From Podarcis filfolensis (taxonomy: Eukaryota): a stretch of DNA of 64,000 nt. The stretch lies in the NCBI GenBank assembly GCA_964270895.1, contig OZ185441.1. The stretch is one strand, 5' to 3'. The notes below the pieces were generated by a model that was given only the letters and a program-made list of their open reading frames with translations, searched no databases and was not told where the DNA came from. Shown here piece by piece: positions 37,059 to 50,021 of this stretch. Numbering within the stretch: position 1 is the first letter of the stretch; every line of letters starts with the position of its first letter. The translations under genes were made by a program, and so were the position numbers.

Positions 37059-37982
37059 TAAACTAAATTGTAAGTTGAGTGGCAGATTGTCACCTTGTAT
37101 TTGATACATTGGAACTTAACTGTGACGGCACCATCAGGGCCACCATGTTGAATGATTGCACACATGTGCACAGCTTCACCCATTTTTCCATGCTGGGGAC
37201 ACCTGCTTTTTGCACTCCTGGTGCTGTGCAGTGTGTCTAGCAACGGGGAAAACCTGGTTTGTTGTTGGGCTAAGAAACAATGCTGCTTAATCAGGTGTGG
37301 AGTGCTGGCTTATTACTTTTGCCAGCAGCTTGGCTTTTCCTCGAATTGCATAGTTTTGTAAGAATTCAAATGCCATTGCAATACTGCTGAAGAAGCTTTC
37401 TGAGATGTATGCCTGACCATAACACCGTGTCTCCAGGGGACTCAGTGAATGGCAGCAAACGAGAGACACTTTCCTCTCCTTCTCGGGAGAAAAATAATCA
37501 AATGACTGCCGAATGTGTCCTCGCTTGGAAATGCAACAGAAACCTACTCCGATAACAGGGGATACTGCATATAATAAAATGTCTCAGTGACAGTACAGTT
37601 ACAGCTTTTAGTTCACATTAGTCCTCTAAAGTAATCGAGCACAGCAAAATTGTTTGAATGACAGCAGTATTTACATGGGGCTGACTGATTTGGGGCCCTT
37701 GCGCAGTGTTTAATTAGGGTTTAAACTCCTAATTAAACATACAATCGGGAGGGAGGTAAGAGGAGACACACACCCCTCTCCTTGCCACCAGACAGCCCCC
37801 CCCCCCCAATTTTGATGGCCCCATATTGCTTCAGGTGGGCACAGTCTGACTTGGGCTGATCCAGATCTGCCCCAGTGCACTCTGGTAAAGTGAATTGATC
37901 TGATTCCTACAGCATCGCTGCCATTTTTCATTTAAATTAAAAGTCTACCCACACAAAAGAGGCATGGTATTGTGTAAGTGTC

Positions 37983-38481
37983 TGGGAGTGGTCGCCGAGA
38001 CCATATAACACTGGTCCTGAGAGATCTGCATTGGCTCCCAGTACGTTTCCGAGCACAATTCAAAGTGTTGGTGCTGTATACCTGAAGGAGCGTCTCCACT
38101 CCCATCGTCCAACCTGGCCACTGAGGTCCAGCGCCGAGGGCCTTCTGGAGGTTCCCTCACTGTGAGAAGCGAATTTACAGGGAACCAGGCAGAGGGCCTT
38201 CTCTTTTTTTTTTTTTTAAATATCTTTTAAAAGATATTTATTAGAGTTTTACAAAGAACAAAGGTTTACATAATAAAAGAAAAACCAAGAGGGCCTTCTC
38301 AGTAGTGGCGCCCGCCCTGTGGAACACCCTCCCAGCAAATGTCAAAGAAATAAACAACTATATGACATTTAGAAGACATCTGAAGGCAGCCCTGTTTAGG
38401 GAAGTTTTTAATGACTGATGTTTTAATGTATTTTCAACCTTCTGTTGGAAGCTGCCCAGAGAAATAATAAATTATTATTAT
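37983..38481 (+). mobile_element. L2 LINE 3' fragment with internal deletion and nested insertion
   Basis: HITLVLRDLHWLPVRFRAQFKVLVL segment plus L2 UTR, matching 54918-55790. Confidence 0.9.
38204..38287 (-). mobile_element. 84-bp poly(A)-tailed retroposed fragment (L1-type 3' end)
   Basis: 13-bp TSD agagggccttctc (38191 and 38288), T14 tract, AATAAA on the minus strand. Confidence 0.8.
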
Positions 38482-39307
38482 AGTAAGTAGTTGTGCACAC
38501 ATTGAGGGTTTTTTTTTTATTACCTGTGCAATTTTGTAGATGCCACACTGGATTTGATATCTTCTTTTTAAATAATTATTCATCACCCAAAGTGTTTTAA
38601 CTTAAAATACTTCCAGCACATCAGTATGCGCTCATATGAATTATTGCTAAGTTGCAGAAGTACCAGTGGCAAAATACCCACAGCTGACATTTGTGTGCCA
38701 GTGTGTGGTTATAGAAGACATTCCCTGGTGAAATTTAATGACGGCGCACACCATTCAGCTATGGAATCAGCAACAGAAATTATCCTCGGGTGGACCAAGC
38801 CGGGTAGATGTGCCCTTGCTCAAGTTTTACGGCATTACGGCAATCATAAACTCCAAACAATTTTTTCTTCTTTGCAGTTCCATACAGCAACTGGCTCAAG
38901 GCAAAAGAAATCTGGCATGTAGAGCATCTTTAACTACTAATGGAAACTCTGAGCAACATGGAACTCACACAAATTATCCCATTTGGATGCCAGAAACTCA
39001 GCAATGCAAGCCGCATTTAAATGGCTGAGACTGCCATTCCAAATGCATTTGCTCACACGTAGCAGTCCCTGGTGCCAGGCGGGCGAAAGCCGATTGCCTG
39101 GTGGGGCAGAGCTGCTATGCCAGCTTCCCAGCAGGTGGGGTGCTGTTGTATACCAGGAAGGGGAGGGGTAAGGGGAGGCGGAGCTCAGAGCTCAGATGGA
39201 ACCAACCTGGTTCTCCTGCCAATACATTTGCAGCCTACCAGCCTTTCCACCACTTTGACTTTCCTTAGCTCCCTAAAGTAGCAATCTTTAATGTGTGAAA
39301 TAATGAA

Positions 39308-39581
39308 ATAATAATAATAATAATAATAATTTATATCCCGCCCTCCCCAGCCAAAGCCGGGCTCAGGGCAGCTAACAACAATACAGTAGTACAACATTCT
39401 AAAATCATTTCATTATAAAATTAATTCAAATCAAATTGATGGCAACCATTGGACTAAAGTTCTGTGAAGATTGCCAAAGGAGGGAGTCAGGCTGTGCCCT
39501 GACCAAAGGCCTGGTGGAACAGCTCTGGCTTGCCGGCCCTGTGGAAAGATGTCAAGTCCTGCACGGCCCTAGTCTCTTGTG
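39308..39581 (-). mobile_element. L2 LINE 3' end (different subfamily)
   Basis: (AAT)n then ttatatcccgccctccccagcc...gggctcagggcagctaacaac...aaggcctggtggaacagctc. Confidence 0.7.
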
Positions 39582-40271
39582 ACTCTTGTGGGTATTACAA
39601 ACACATTTGCCCTCATGTATGATAACATGGGAGAGCATGAGGCTCATCCCACTGAAAGTAATAGGCTGGCATGAACTATGTTCATTATTTTTGATGGGTC
39701 CACTTGGAGTAGGACTAAAATGCCTACAAGCCAATGAGAGTGGAGATCACTTTTTTAAAAAATCTCCAACATGCAAGGTAGTGACCATTGCCTATGATCC
39801 GTAAGAGGTGGATATGTACCGGTGGAAACATGGTGAGGTTAAAAGCATGTTGATCTACAGGTGAGATATAACAAAGAGAGACAGACTGCCAGGCACTGTT
39901 GAAGGCAGATGATAAGATGTACAGCACAGTTATTAAGAAAGGAGTGGTGGCATGAAAAAAATCTTACAGAACTGAGTGCATAAATATGGAGCAATCTCAA
40001 GTTGTCATGCTGTCTGTTGTTTAGCCAGCTGCCAACAAATCCAAACCTAGTCTCTTGCTCTGGCTCACACTGCAGTCAACTGATATTTTCACACACAGTG
40101 TTTATCAGTGTATGGCAGTATATTGTTATTTACACCTTGCCCTTGTCCCCTGACTATTTTCTGACTTTTATTTAGCTTTCTTAGTCCCCATGAAAACACA
40201 TCAGCAAAACAGCAAGGACTATCAACACTCTTGTCAAGTCTTAAGCCACAGGCCAGATATTCCAATACCAT

Positions 40272-40385
40272 TCAGATGCTGATGGACTCCAACTCCCATC
40301 ATCCCTGACCACTGGCCCTACTGACGTGGCTGATGGGAGTTTTAGTCCAAGAGCATCTGCAGGGCACTACATTGGCTACCCTGTC
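40272..40385. mobile_element. Decayed family B-related palindromic MITE
   Basis: ggactccaactcccatcatccctgaccactggcc...tgatgggagttttagtccaa. Confidence 0.6.
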
Positions 40386-40581
40386 ATTATGGAAGCCTAG
40401 ACTGATCAGCTGCAGGGGGGAATCTATAGTTTTCACTATTTGCAAAATGGATGATTCAAACCAATGTTTTGTAAGGCAATGGTGTGAATGTGAAGTTCTT
40501 TTTACTGCATGTTGAATGTTAGGATGCTGAGCAAAAGAACTGTACAGAGAAACAAGATTCACACAGAGATTATTATTATAC

Positions 40582-40788
40582 AGGGCCTTCTCGATAGTGG
40601 CTCCCACCCTGTGGAATGCCCTCCCATCAGATGTCAGGGAGATACGTAACTATACAATCTTAAGAAGACATCTGAAGGCAGCCCTGTACAGAGAAGTTTT
40701 TAATGTTTAATGTTTTATTGTGTTTTTTTGTATAGGCTGGAAGCCGCCCAGTGTGGCTGGGGCAAAGCAGTCAGGTGGGTTGGGTACA

Positions 40789-40833
<45 letters not shown>
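40582..40833 (+). mobile_element. L2 LINE 3' end with (ATT)n tail
   Basis: agggccttctcgatagtggctcccaccctgtggaa...; about 14 ATT units at the end. Confidence 0.9.
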
Positions 40834-42863
40834 TGGCAACCCCCAAATTATATGGTAGTTGATAGTAGCATTGTACCAAGTGGCTTCCATGAGCTATGTG
40901 GTCCTTTCCCTCTCCTTTTTTGTTTTTTCCATGTTGCAAACAGCTTGAAAAGATTCTGCTGTGGAATTGTTGAGTCACTGGAAACAATTGTTGTGACTGG
41001 CAGTCTCATCCGATGGCTTCCTTGAAGTTGGCTTCGGGTCAAGCAAAAGCACGCCGGCCGCAAAACCACATGTCCCTGATGCCATATGAAGGGAATCAAC
41101 GAGTCTTCCCAGTTCTAACTAGGTGCAATCATTTTATTGCTTCATAAACTCACTACTCGGTGTTTAGCAAAGAGAGCACCAACTCTAATTACTTTGGTTC
41201 GTGTCGAGTCTATTCGATGGGATCCTGTTTTTCCGTTTCTGTGGTTGGTTACAAGTTAAGCGTTTTTGCTCTTCATCTTCAGTGCTGCTTTAACCTGCTC
41301 TTTGCGAAGTTGTATAGGAGAGTCTAAGACAATTCTTGCATTACAGGATCTGTGCAGAACTTAACTTTAAAAGAGGCTGCCACTCCTGAGCTTTAAAAAG
41401 AGACATATATCTGATCCCACACGCAGATGTACATCATGTTCCTCACAGGTATGTGCACATCTTGTACTCGGGTATTACGCAATTCTTTTTATTTGTGTTT
41501 CCTTGGCTTTATTTATGGATTCTAACATTCTGCTTCCTTATCTTGCATTTCACTCATGGCGGGGAAAAATGTCGACAAGAAGCACGTGCGTCAGGGAAGG
41601 GGTGAAGGAGTTGAGTGACACAGGTGAGATAGCCGTGAGAGAAAGATGGGTGACAGCGTCGGAGAGACGTGAAAATGCACCGTGTGTGAGAGAGGGAAGC
41701 TGGCAAGGGAATATGGGAGAGGTGGTGAAGAGACAGACAAGCACACCAAACAGAAAGAGATTAGTTACAGACAGAGGTGACAGACAGACGTGCCCACAGA
41801 TAGAGACTAGTGACGCCACTGCAATTACCTGGTTTTGATTGCAAAATTGTCCAGCCTTGTGCTATGCTTTGCTCCAAAAATGAGCACCGTATACCCTGAA
41901 AATTATTCTCTGTTTTGGATCGTAAACAGGGATGGCGGAACTCGTCACCCTCCCTTCCTGGTGCTGCAGTGCCAGGCTCCCAGACCATGGGAAACAAAGT
42001 TTTCCTAGGGCACCTGAGCTCTGGAAATTATATGCCCTGGGGTTTTTTTGCACCTGGAATTCCTACTTGGCAGCAACTGGGGAAGGAAAAATGGCCCTGA
42101 TTTCTGATCAGGGTCACTTTCCTATGTGTTCATTCCGAATGAATGAACCTCTTTAATGATCTCTTCCTCATCTAGGATTATCTCCTCCTTATTTTCATAC
42201 TTAGCTTGCTCTGGCAATTTAATTTGCACTTACTAGTGCCATCATTTCCATTTCACAGATGGGGAAAATGGAGGCTCAGCTGCCACCTTATCCAAGACAA
42301 TTTAAGAAGCCCATAGCTCGGATAGGGTTGAAGTGCAGTATTCTGCCCCCTGGATCTGAGTACCGTCCACTTCAAGGTCTTAAAGGTCTGACACCCAGTA
42401 TTAGAGGCTCACAACAAAGAGAGAGATCTGCACCTGCATTTTTCTGCATTAATCTGTGGGTTAAAAATCCAAATGAAAATTCATATTTAAATCCATATTT
42501 ATATAGCCGCAAATATTTCTATGCATTTCTAAAAAAAAAAATTATCCTGGCACATAAACACGTATGCATGCTGGTATGTTTTTGAGCCTAGAATGATTGA
42601 ATCACCAGATCCAGAGACATTTGCAGTCCAAAGGGAACCAGTGTGGTATTGTGTGCTAGAAAAAGATGGGGGAGAAAGAGAGACTGGGCATATATTGTGT
42701 CTGTTGCTGGCAGATGGGAGAGAAGGGATGTATGCATTAGCATTTACCTGCCATAGAATTGGCTACAGGCCTCTAGAGCTTATAATGTTGTGTTTATGGT
42801 TGTAATGATAAACTATTAACATAATGCTTGAAAGTGTTACCAAAGAATACCTGCATGCTGTAT

Positions 42864-43192
42864 CAGACCCTCCAAGTGTCCCTATTTTCCAGGGATATCC
42901 CTGATTTAGGGAAGCCATTCCGCTTTCTGATTTGATCCCATAATGTCCTACTTTTCATTGGAGAAATGTTGGAGGGTATGGAGTTATCTGACCCCAGAGC
43001 CATCTGAACACAATCCTGTATAGGGAATTCATTTTTTATTAATATTTAATGTTTTATTATGTCTTTATACATGTTAGGAGCTGCACAGAGTGGCTGAGGC
43101 AACTCAGTAAGATGTGTGGGGTATAAATAGCAAAAATATCATTATGGAATGGGACATCCCTATTTTCATCGGACAAATGTAAGGAGGGTATG
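42864..43192 (+). mobile_element. Chimeric hAT-like element carrying an L2 3' tail
   Basis: CAGACCCTCC left end; GGAGGGTATG right-end motif at both 42971 and 43183; L2 UTR between them; ctgtat on both outer flanks. Confidence 0.75.
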
Positions 43193-44311
43193 CTGTATTA
43201 CAAGGGTCCGAGGGCCTCATTCTTATGAGGCCAAATCTCTGAGCAGGTCCAAATTATATTCATGAAGTTGGTGCTTTTTTGAACAGCAGCAATGCACACA
43301 CACACACACACACAGAGAGAGTGGGGGAGGGAATGAATGAAGGTATCTACAAATGCCTGGTTTACATTCAAACTTTTGTTGTCATGCAACTACTTCGATT
43401 CATTCTCTGCAGTAAAAAAACCCTGGAATTATGACAGTATATTGGACTGCTATAGAGATGGATCCAATTGCAACCTGAATCTCTCTTGTGAGCATCAGCA
43501 ATATTTGAGCAAGAAAACCTTTCCTGCTAATTTTGCTCCTCTACTGTTCTGTATCACCGGGATAGGGAGCATATTATGCTTGCCTTCTTCGGTAGTTCTC
43601 TTCTTCGGTAATACTCATTTCTTGCAGCGCAAGACAAGATGCTAAATTTATATCATTTGTCTTCAGCTAGTGGGTCATGACATACAAGGAGGTCATGTCA
43701 CATCCTGGCCTGAGATGTGCTGCATTAGCAGCGCTATAACCGCTTTGAAAGGGAAAAGATGGGGGTTTTTTAAGGAAAGAAAAGGAAAGAGGAGGGGCAT
43801 CAGGCAGGCACAGTTAGAGACTGAGGACAAAAAGGAACACACACAATCAAAATAAACCAAAATGGATTCCATGGTTGCAGAATGGATTAAAGCAAGGTAT
43901 CCCAGGGCTCAGCTACACTGATAAAGAAAAAGCGATTTATATGCGTTGTATGTGCGATATAACATTGTGCCCCACCGGATGGCGATGTGGAGTCCCTTTT
44001 TTCTCTACCTGTTTTCCCTGTTTAAATTTACAATACTTTAAAATGAAATGTTTCTTTGATGTGTCTAGATCCAGGTCCAGACTTCCTCTGAGGGATTTTC
44101 CAGTTGGCATGGCTAGTGCTCCTATCAAGTGCCTGGTTTTGTTACAGAATGGTAAGATGGGAAGGACCACTGATGTGATTGCTTCAAGATGGCTCTCCAG
44201 TGCAGAGGAGACTGATGTGGTCCTCTGTGTTCCCAGGAGCGATTGACAATGAAGCCAGCTAGTGTGCAAGTGGTACAAGGTAATAAATACACTACCCCGT
44301 GGCAGGGATAG

Positions 44312-44660
44312 TAATAATAATAATAATATAATAATAATTTATTATTTATACCCCGCCCATCTGACTGGATTTCCCCAGCCAATCTGGGCGGCTTCCAACT
44401 GAATATTAAAAACAACACAGCATCAGACATTAAAAACTTCCCTAAACAGGGCCACCTTCAGTTGTCTTTTAAGTAAAGTAAAATAGTTGTTTATTGCCTT
44501 GACATCTGCTGGGAGGGTGTTCCCCAGGGTGGGCGCCACTATCGAGAAGGCCCTCTGCCTGGTTCCCTGTAACCTCACTTCTTGCAGTGAGAGAACCGCC
44601 AGAAGGCCCTCAGCGCTGGACCTCAGAACGATGGGGGTGGAAACGCTCCTTCAGGTATAC
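44312..44660 (-). mobile_element. L2 LINE 3' fragment
   Basis: (TAA)n, tttataccccgcccatctg...gaaggccctctgcctggttccctgtaac. Confidence 0.9.
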
Positions 44661-44996
44661 ATAAATAAGCTTATGTCTTTGCCACCTTTGTAACTGTCGA
44701 GAAGAGCTCTTCAGAATGGTCAAGGGTCACAGCCAGGAGTATCAACACCCTCTGAGGCCCACTGTGAAAAATTTGCCTTTGGAGGATAAAGTCACTTGTT
44801 TTCACTCTGAGTTTGATGTCACAGTTGGCTCAGTTTCAGCTGAGGCATCCAGAGCTCCATCTGGCCATGTTGTTTGGAGTGAGTCTTAGTTATTGAGGGC
44901 TGAGGATGTACAGTAAATGAAGTGCTTGAATGAGTGTGGACTGCTGCTTGCTTTCTCAACCCTTAGCCAGTTTGAATCTTAAAGCTAGTTGAAAAA

Positions 44997-45407
44997 GAGA
45001 TGGAAAGAAGATAAAGTCCCTACCAGAGAAGAATGAAAGGTTTAGCTGATGCACTGTGCTGAAATGGCAAAGCTGACTGGAAAACTCGGGAACCAAGAAG
45101 ACAAAAACTTTGAAAAAATAATGGGGAAATTTATAAGTTATTTAGGAGACCACTGCAAGCAGACGGAAACATTAGCAGGGTTTTAATCTCACTTGTAATG
45201 TAACAAATACCATGGATAATGTGGATCGATATAAAATATAGATTATGCAATAATATGCAGTTATAAATGTTGAGAATAAGACCCACGGAGGGGGTGGGGG
45301 GAAGTCGTGAGATTCAGAGGAATCTCTATATATGGATATGCATTTGGTTTGTCATAATTTTGTATTTGTAAAATCAAATAAAAATTATTATTATTTTTTT
45401 AAAAAAT
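44997..45407 (+). mobile_element. 5'-truncated L1 LINE
   Basis: WKEDKVPTREE..AEMAKLTGKLGNQEDKNFEK..GKFISYL..LAGF*, G-tract and AATAAA; 16-bp TSD aaagct(a/g)gttgaaaaa (44981 and 45408) at a TT/AAA site. Confidence 0.88.
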
Positions 45408-48021
45408 AAAGCTGGTTGAAAAATGTTGATTGGTGAGTCCAGGGCGTTGGTAAATGCCTCCTTGTGGGAAGAGGTTGCTTCTCTTGGCTTGAAAGAGAGA
45501 GAGGTGCACGACCTCCTACGGAGTATCCTGTGAGGAGAAAAGCTGCCTGGAGTATAATTTGGAAAAGGGAAAGACTGGCTAGAGAAATAAGTACGCATTC
45601 TGCCCTTCCCTGACTGTACTCTTGCTGTAATGCAATGAGTAGTAAAATTCTATACATTATTCCACTCCATGCATGATCCTATCTAGCAAAGTGATATTTT
45701 ATGGGAAATAGACAAGCCTGGGCCTATCGTTAACCTGAGGTTTCTTAAAACATATTTTGGCAATGAAGTGGTTTAATGAAACACACAGCATGTGGGTGAG
45801 GCTTCAAATTGTTCTCATGTCTCCTCTTTGTCTTAGTGAAGACTGAAAATTGGGGGGAACTCCTGCAGTTTATAAATATTCCCATTGCAACACTGCAATT
45901 TTTTTTATCATAATAGATTGTTATCACATGGTGATACCATGTCAATCTGTGTTGGTTTATGTGCATGGTAGAATCCTTGTGGAGAACCTGAAAAGGGAGA
46001 GATGCAATTCAAAAGCCACCATTCATGGGAAGAAGGGGGCTAAAAAACCACAGGAAAATGTGGGTGCAATGAGGTTACGTTGGAAGTGACTACAATATGT
46101 GAGACCATCCACATGTTTGCTGCTTACATGGTGGAGAAATTAAGGCCAGGTGCCTTAACCTGCTTCTCATTTTTTTTTTGAAGTGTGGATCATTTCCAAC
46201 ACTGCTGTTCCACTCATGCAGCAGACTTCCACAGACCATCCTTCTCTTCTCCTCTTGCCTACGACCCCCTCACACACCTTTAAGATCTGCTCCAAAGAGT
46301 TGGGGGACCCTCAGGCGCAGATGCATATTTATCCTTTTGTATGAGAATTCACAAATAATTCCTCAAGCATTGCTAGGGTTGGCCAACACTTGTCAAAATC
46401 AGCACCTGGAAATGAGCAAAGCACTTCCATGAACTCTCACCCACCAATAAGCTGGCGTCTCCTTTGTGAACCAGCTGAAGTTTCCTACTTTTTATGCTTT
46501 GGTGCTATGTTCAAAGGGTGAACTTGAGTATCTTTCCTGCTACCAACCTACCATGTGGGAGATGTGCAAATTTTCTACTTCCCCTTACTTTTTTTTACCA
46601 CACAGAGCCTTCCTTAGGCTTCCCATCTACTGGTACATCCTTCATCATCATCATCATCATTATTATAGGACCTCCTTGAGTAGGGAATAAGGATGCTTTG
46701 AAGCAATCTCATATCACAACCACTGTTTAAACTTCAAAAGTCCTCCACATCTTTATTTCACTTTGGGTTGGAACTGAGACGTGTTGGTTGGGGTGGGGGG
46801 TGGGGAAGCAGGCAGCACAGGCCCGGATTTGGCCCAGGGGCTGCCAGTTACTGATCCATACCATGCACTATTGGAAAATGACAGGACTTGCTAATGAACA
46901 GGAGTGTGACTCTTCCTGTACTAATGTCCAAGCAGCAGCTGAGCCTCATTTGCATCTCTCTGCTAAATGGTTTAATTAATTTTCCATAGTGCTTACAGAC
47001 TAGTTTTAATTAGCAGTTAAATCCATTCTGTTAACAGGGGGGGGAATTGTAAGGTGTTTACTAGCATGCAAATCACAACGGCGCCTTCTCAAGGCTCAAT
47101 TCAAACAAAAGTTCCAAACCATTGATTCTGGATTTCTGGAGGCCTTACTAAGAAAAAAAGTGCATCTTCTTCTTTTCACATCAATAAAACACCGTGTTTT
47201 ATGATTCATTAACCAGCACACCTTCCCCTCCTTCTCCTTTTTCGTCTGTGTCCCTGCTTCCCCAATTTGGAGGGGATGACACCCCATGAAGTAGTAATAA
47301 GGCAGGGCGGACCTTGCTAATATGGCACCCTGTGCAAGGCCAAAATTTGACAGGCCTGCACAGGCCTCATGGTGCCTTCCTAAAGCTGGGTAATGGAGGT
47401 GCCAGGCTTTGGTCCTCTAGGATCCTGTCAGAGCCCTCACACCTCCTTCCCAAAGCCCAGTGCTTAAGGAGCTTTGGGAAGGAGGCAGGAAGGCCCCTGT
47501 CTTGGCCCCTGCACCTCTGGGGGGAAACTGGCTGTGCTGCCCCGAGGCCACCTCTGAATAGGGAATATAATAGACGTTACTTGGAGGATGGTGTGTTTCA
47601 CTAAACAGGCTGGTGAATGGTGCCACCAGTGGTTGGGACACTCAACCTCAAACCAAGAGGGCTCAACACTAGTTTGCCTTGCTGCAGGAGAAGGAGAACC
47701 TGTGGTCCTCTACATGTTGGACCCCCTTTCAGCCCTAGCTGGTGGTCATGGATTATGGAAATTGTAGTTCACTAATATGGGGAAGGCAGCAGGCTCTCCA
47801 CACCTGCCCTAGTGAGATCTAAGCCCATGGTTGTGCTCTTGTACAGCCAGGCCCTGTGAGGGTAATTCTGTGGTTTTTAACCTGAGGTTTTGCTCACTGC
47901 AAAATAACTTGGGTTATGTTGTTGACGTCCCAGCTACTTCTGGCAGTATTGTGTCTTCCTTCTCCTATCAGTGAGGGTACATCTGTTCCACAAACCCCAA
48001 CTGGTTTCATAATTGTTCCAG

Positions 48022-48066
<45 letters not shown>
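48022..48066. repeat. (ATT)n microsatellite
   Basis: Read directly. Confidence 0.97.
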
Positions 48067-48173
48067 TCTTCTCAGGGATCTCTGAGATCTGTAGCTCAGT
48101 GACCAGAGGTAGAAAAATCTAACAGAGAATTCTGAGCAATCTTACCCCAATACAACCAACACTTTAAACTGTA

Positions 48174-48399
48174 CAGTGGTACCTCAGGTTAAGTACTTAA
48201 TTCGTTACGGAGGTCCGTTCTTAACCTGAAACTGTTCTTAACCTGAAGCACCACTTTAGCTAATGGGGCCTCCTGCTGCCGCCGGTCTGCTGAAGCACGA
48301 TTTCTGTTCTCGTACTGAAGCAAAGTTATTAATCCGAGGTACTATTTCTGGGTTAGCGGAGTCTGTAACCTGAAGCGTATGTAACCTGAGGTACCACTG
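48174..48399 (-). mobile_element. Tigger-like MITE, family C, inverted
   Basis: TA TSD and TIRs; 226 bp; reverse complement of 28901. Confidence 0.9.
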
Positions 48400-50021
48400 T
48401 ATACATTTTATATGGGTAAACAAACTTCATAGCTATGTCTTAAGTTGATCAATCAGTTGGTTAAGCACAACTGGATAAGTGTCATGAATGGATGGGCTCA
48501 AAACCACACTAGAAAAAGTTATTGTACTATGGAGAGCTCCAGAAAGCTATAGTGATTGAATATTATTTTTCCTCTTGCAAAATTTGTATCACCCTCTCAC
48601 ACACGAGAAGATCACAGACACTACAGACAGCAGTGTAATTGGTGTGAATGCTAAGAAAGGAACCCGGGTCTAACCACAATTCCTCTGGAAGAAGCTGGCA
48701 CCTTCTCTGCCTGCAGGGAGGTATTATTTAGCCATTTACTACAGATCAAAGACAGTAAGTGTAATTATTTTTAGGAATTAAGTAGGTAATCAGTTTGGAA
48801 AACAAAAACACAATTAAAAAAGAAATAAACCTCAGCTCTTGGAGCCTGGAGAATTACTTAGCTGGAATTCTTCCCTGTCTGCTGTTTTATTCTAGTGTTA
48901 AATTTAATATTATTAATATAATGTCATAAGCTATTCATGAGATGTCTTAAGCACATGTTACAGAGGCTTCTACTTCACTTGGATGGGAACATTCTCTGCG
49001 TATAATATGGTAGATGTATTTGGTATGCTTTCCCTCATAGATTGACTTCTGTGTTGTGGCTCTTAGCAGTAATCAGATCTGAAGATGACCCAGACATATA
49101 GTTGTGCATTTGGATTTAGAGTTTGGTGGATTGGAAGTGGGGGAAATTAAATTTTCTGATTCACTCTGCTCTTGTCCTCTGTTTCTCTGCCCTAAACCAC
49201 TCTTTGTTTTCATATGACAGTCTTTTGGGTATATGTATGTTAGGTTAGAGGAGCTCTGGCTTGGTGGCGGCTGTCTAACGGGAGCTTCCCTGACTTCATG
49301 ACTCCATAAACATTCCAGTCAACCCAACGAGCAGCAAAACCAGAAAGTTGGATCGATCCCTTGGTGTGGTGCCATACATGACTGGTGCACTGGATCACAA
49401 AGTGAGCCACCTTGCCCTTGAATGGTACCAAGGAGCGATAAGTACAAGATTACTTGGCCTTAAGGCAGAAGGGCCAGTCCAACTCTGTTTTGCAATTGGA
49501 ATTAGGGAGTCACATCCAAGACCGAAATGAGAGCTTACAAGAAGTGGTTTTCATGGATCAGAGCCAACCCAAGACATTTCGCTGCCTGAAGCAAAGGATA
49601 TGATTGTGCTCTCTCTCTCCCATTCTATGACCAGACAGGCGGTTGGATCTTACTTTAACACTGTTGATGAGCCAATGTGGTGGATGTTCCCTGTTGTTGT
49701 TCAATGCCACACCATCATTGGTGATAAGGAGAAGATGCTATTGTACATGCCAGGTCAACAGCAGTCAGGTGATAGAAGTGGCCAGTAGGATCCCAATTGG
49801 TCCTATAAAGCTATTGACTTGGGTCGCTGCTGCTCAGTTGCCTTGTTTCTCTAGATGCTCAGCTTATCTTCCCTAGTGCTGATGCGCTATCCTTCTCTTC
49901 AGAGTTTCAAAGCACAACCCAGTGCACATTTACTCAGAAGTAAATCTCACTGTGGTCTCTGAGGCTTACTCTAAGGTAAACGTGTATAAGATTGTAATTG
50001 TATTAAGATAGATAGATAGAT

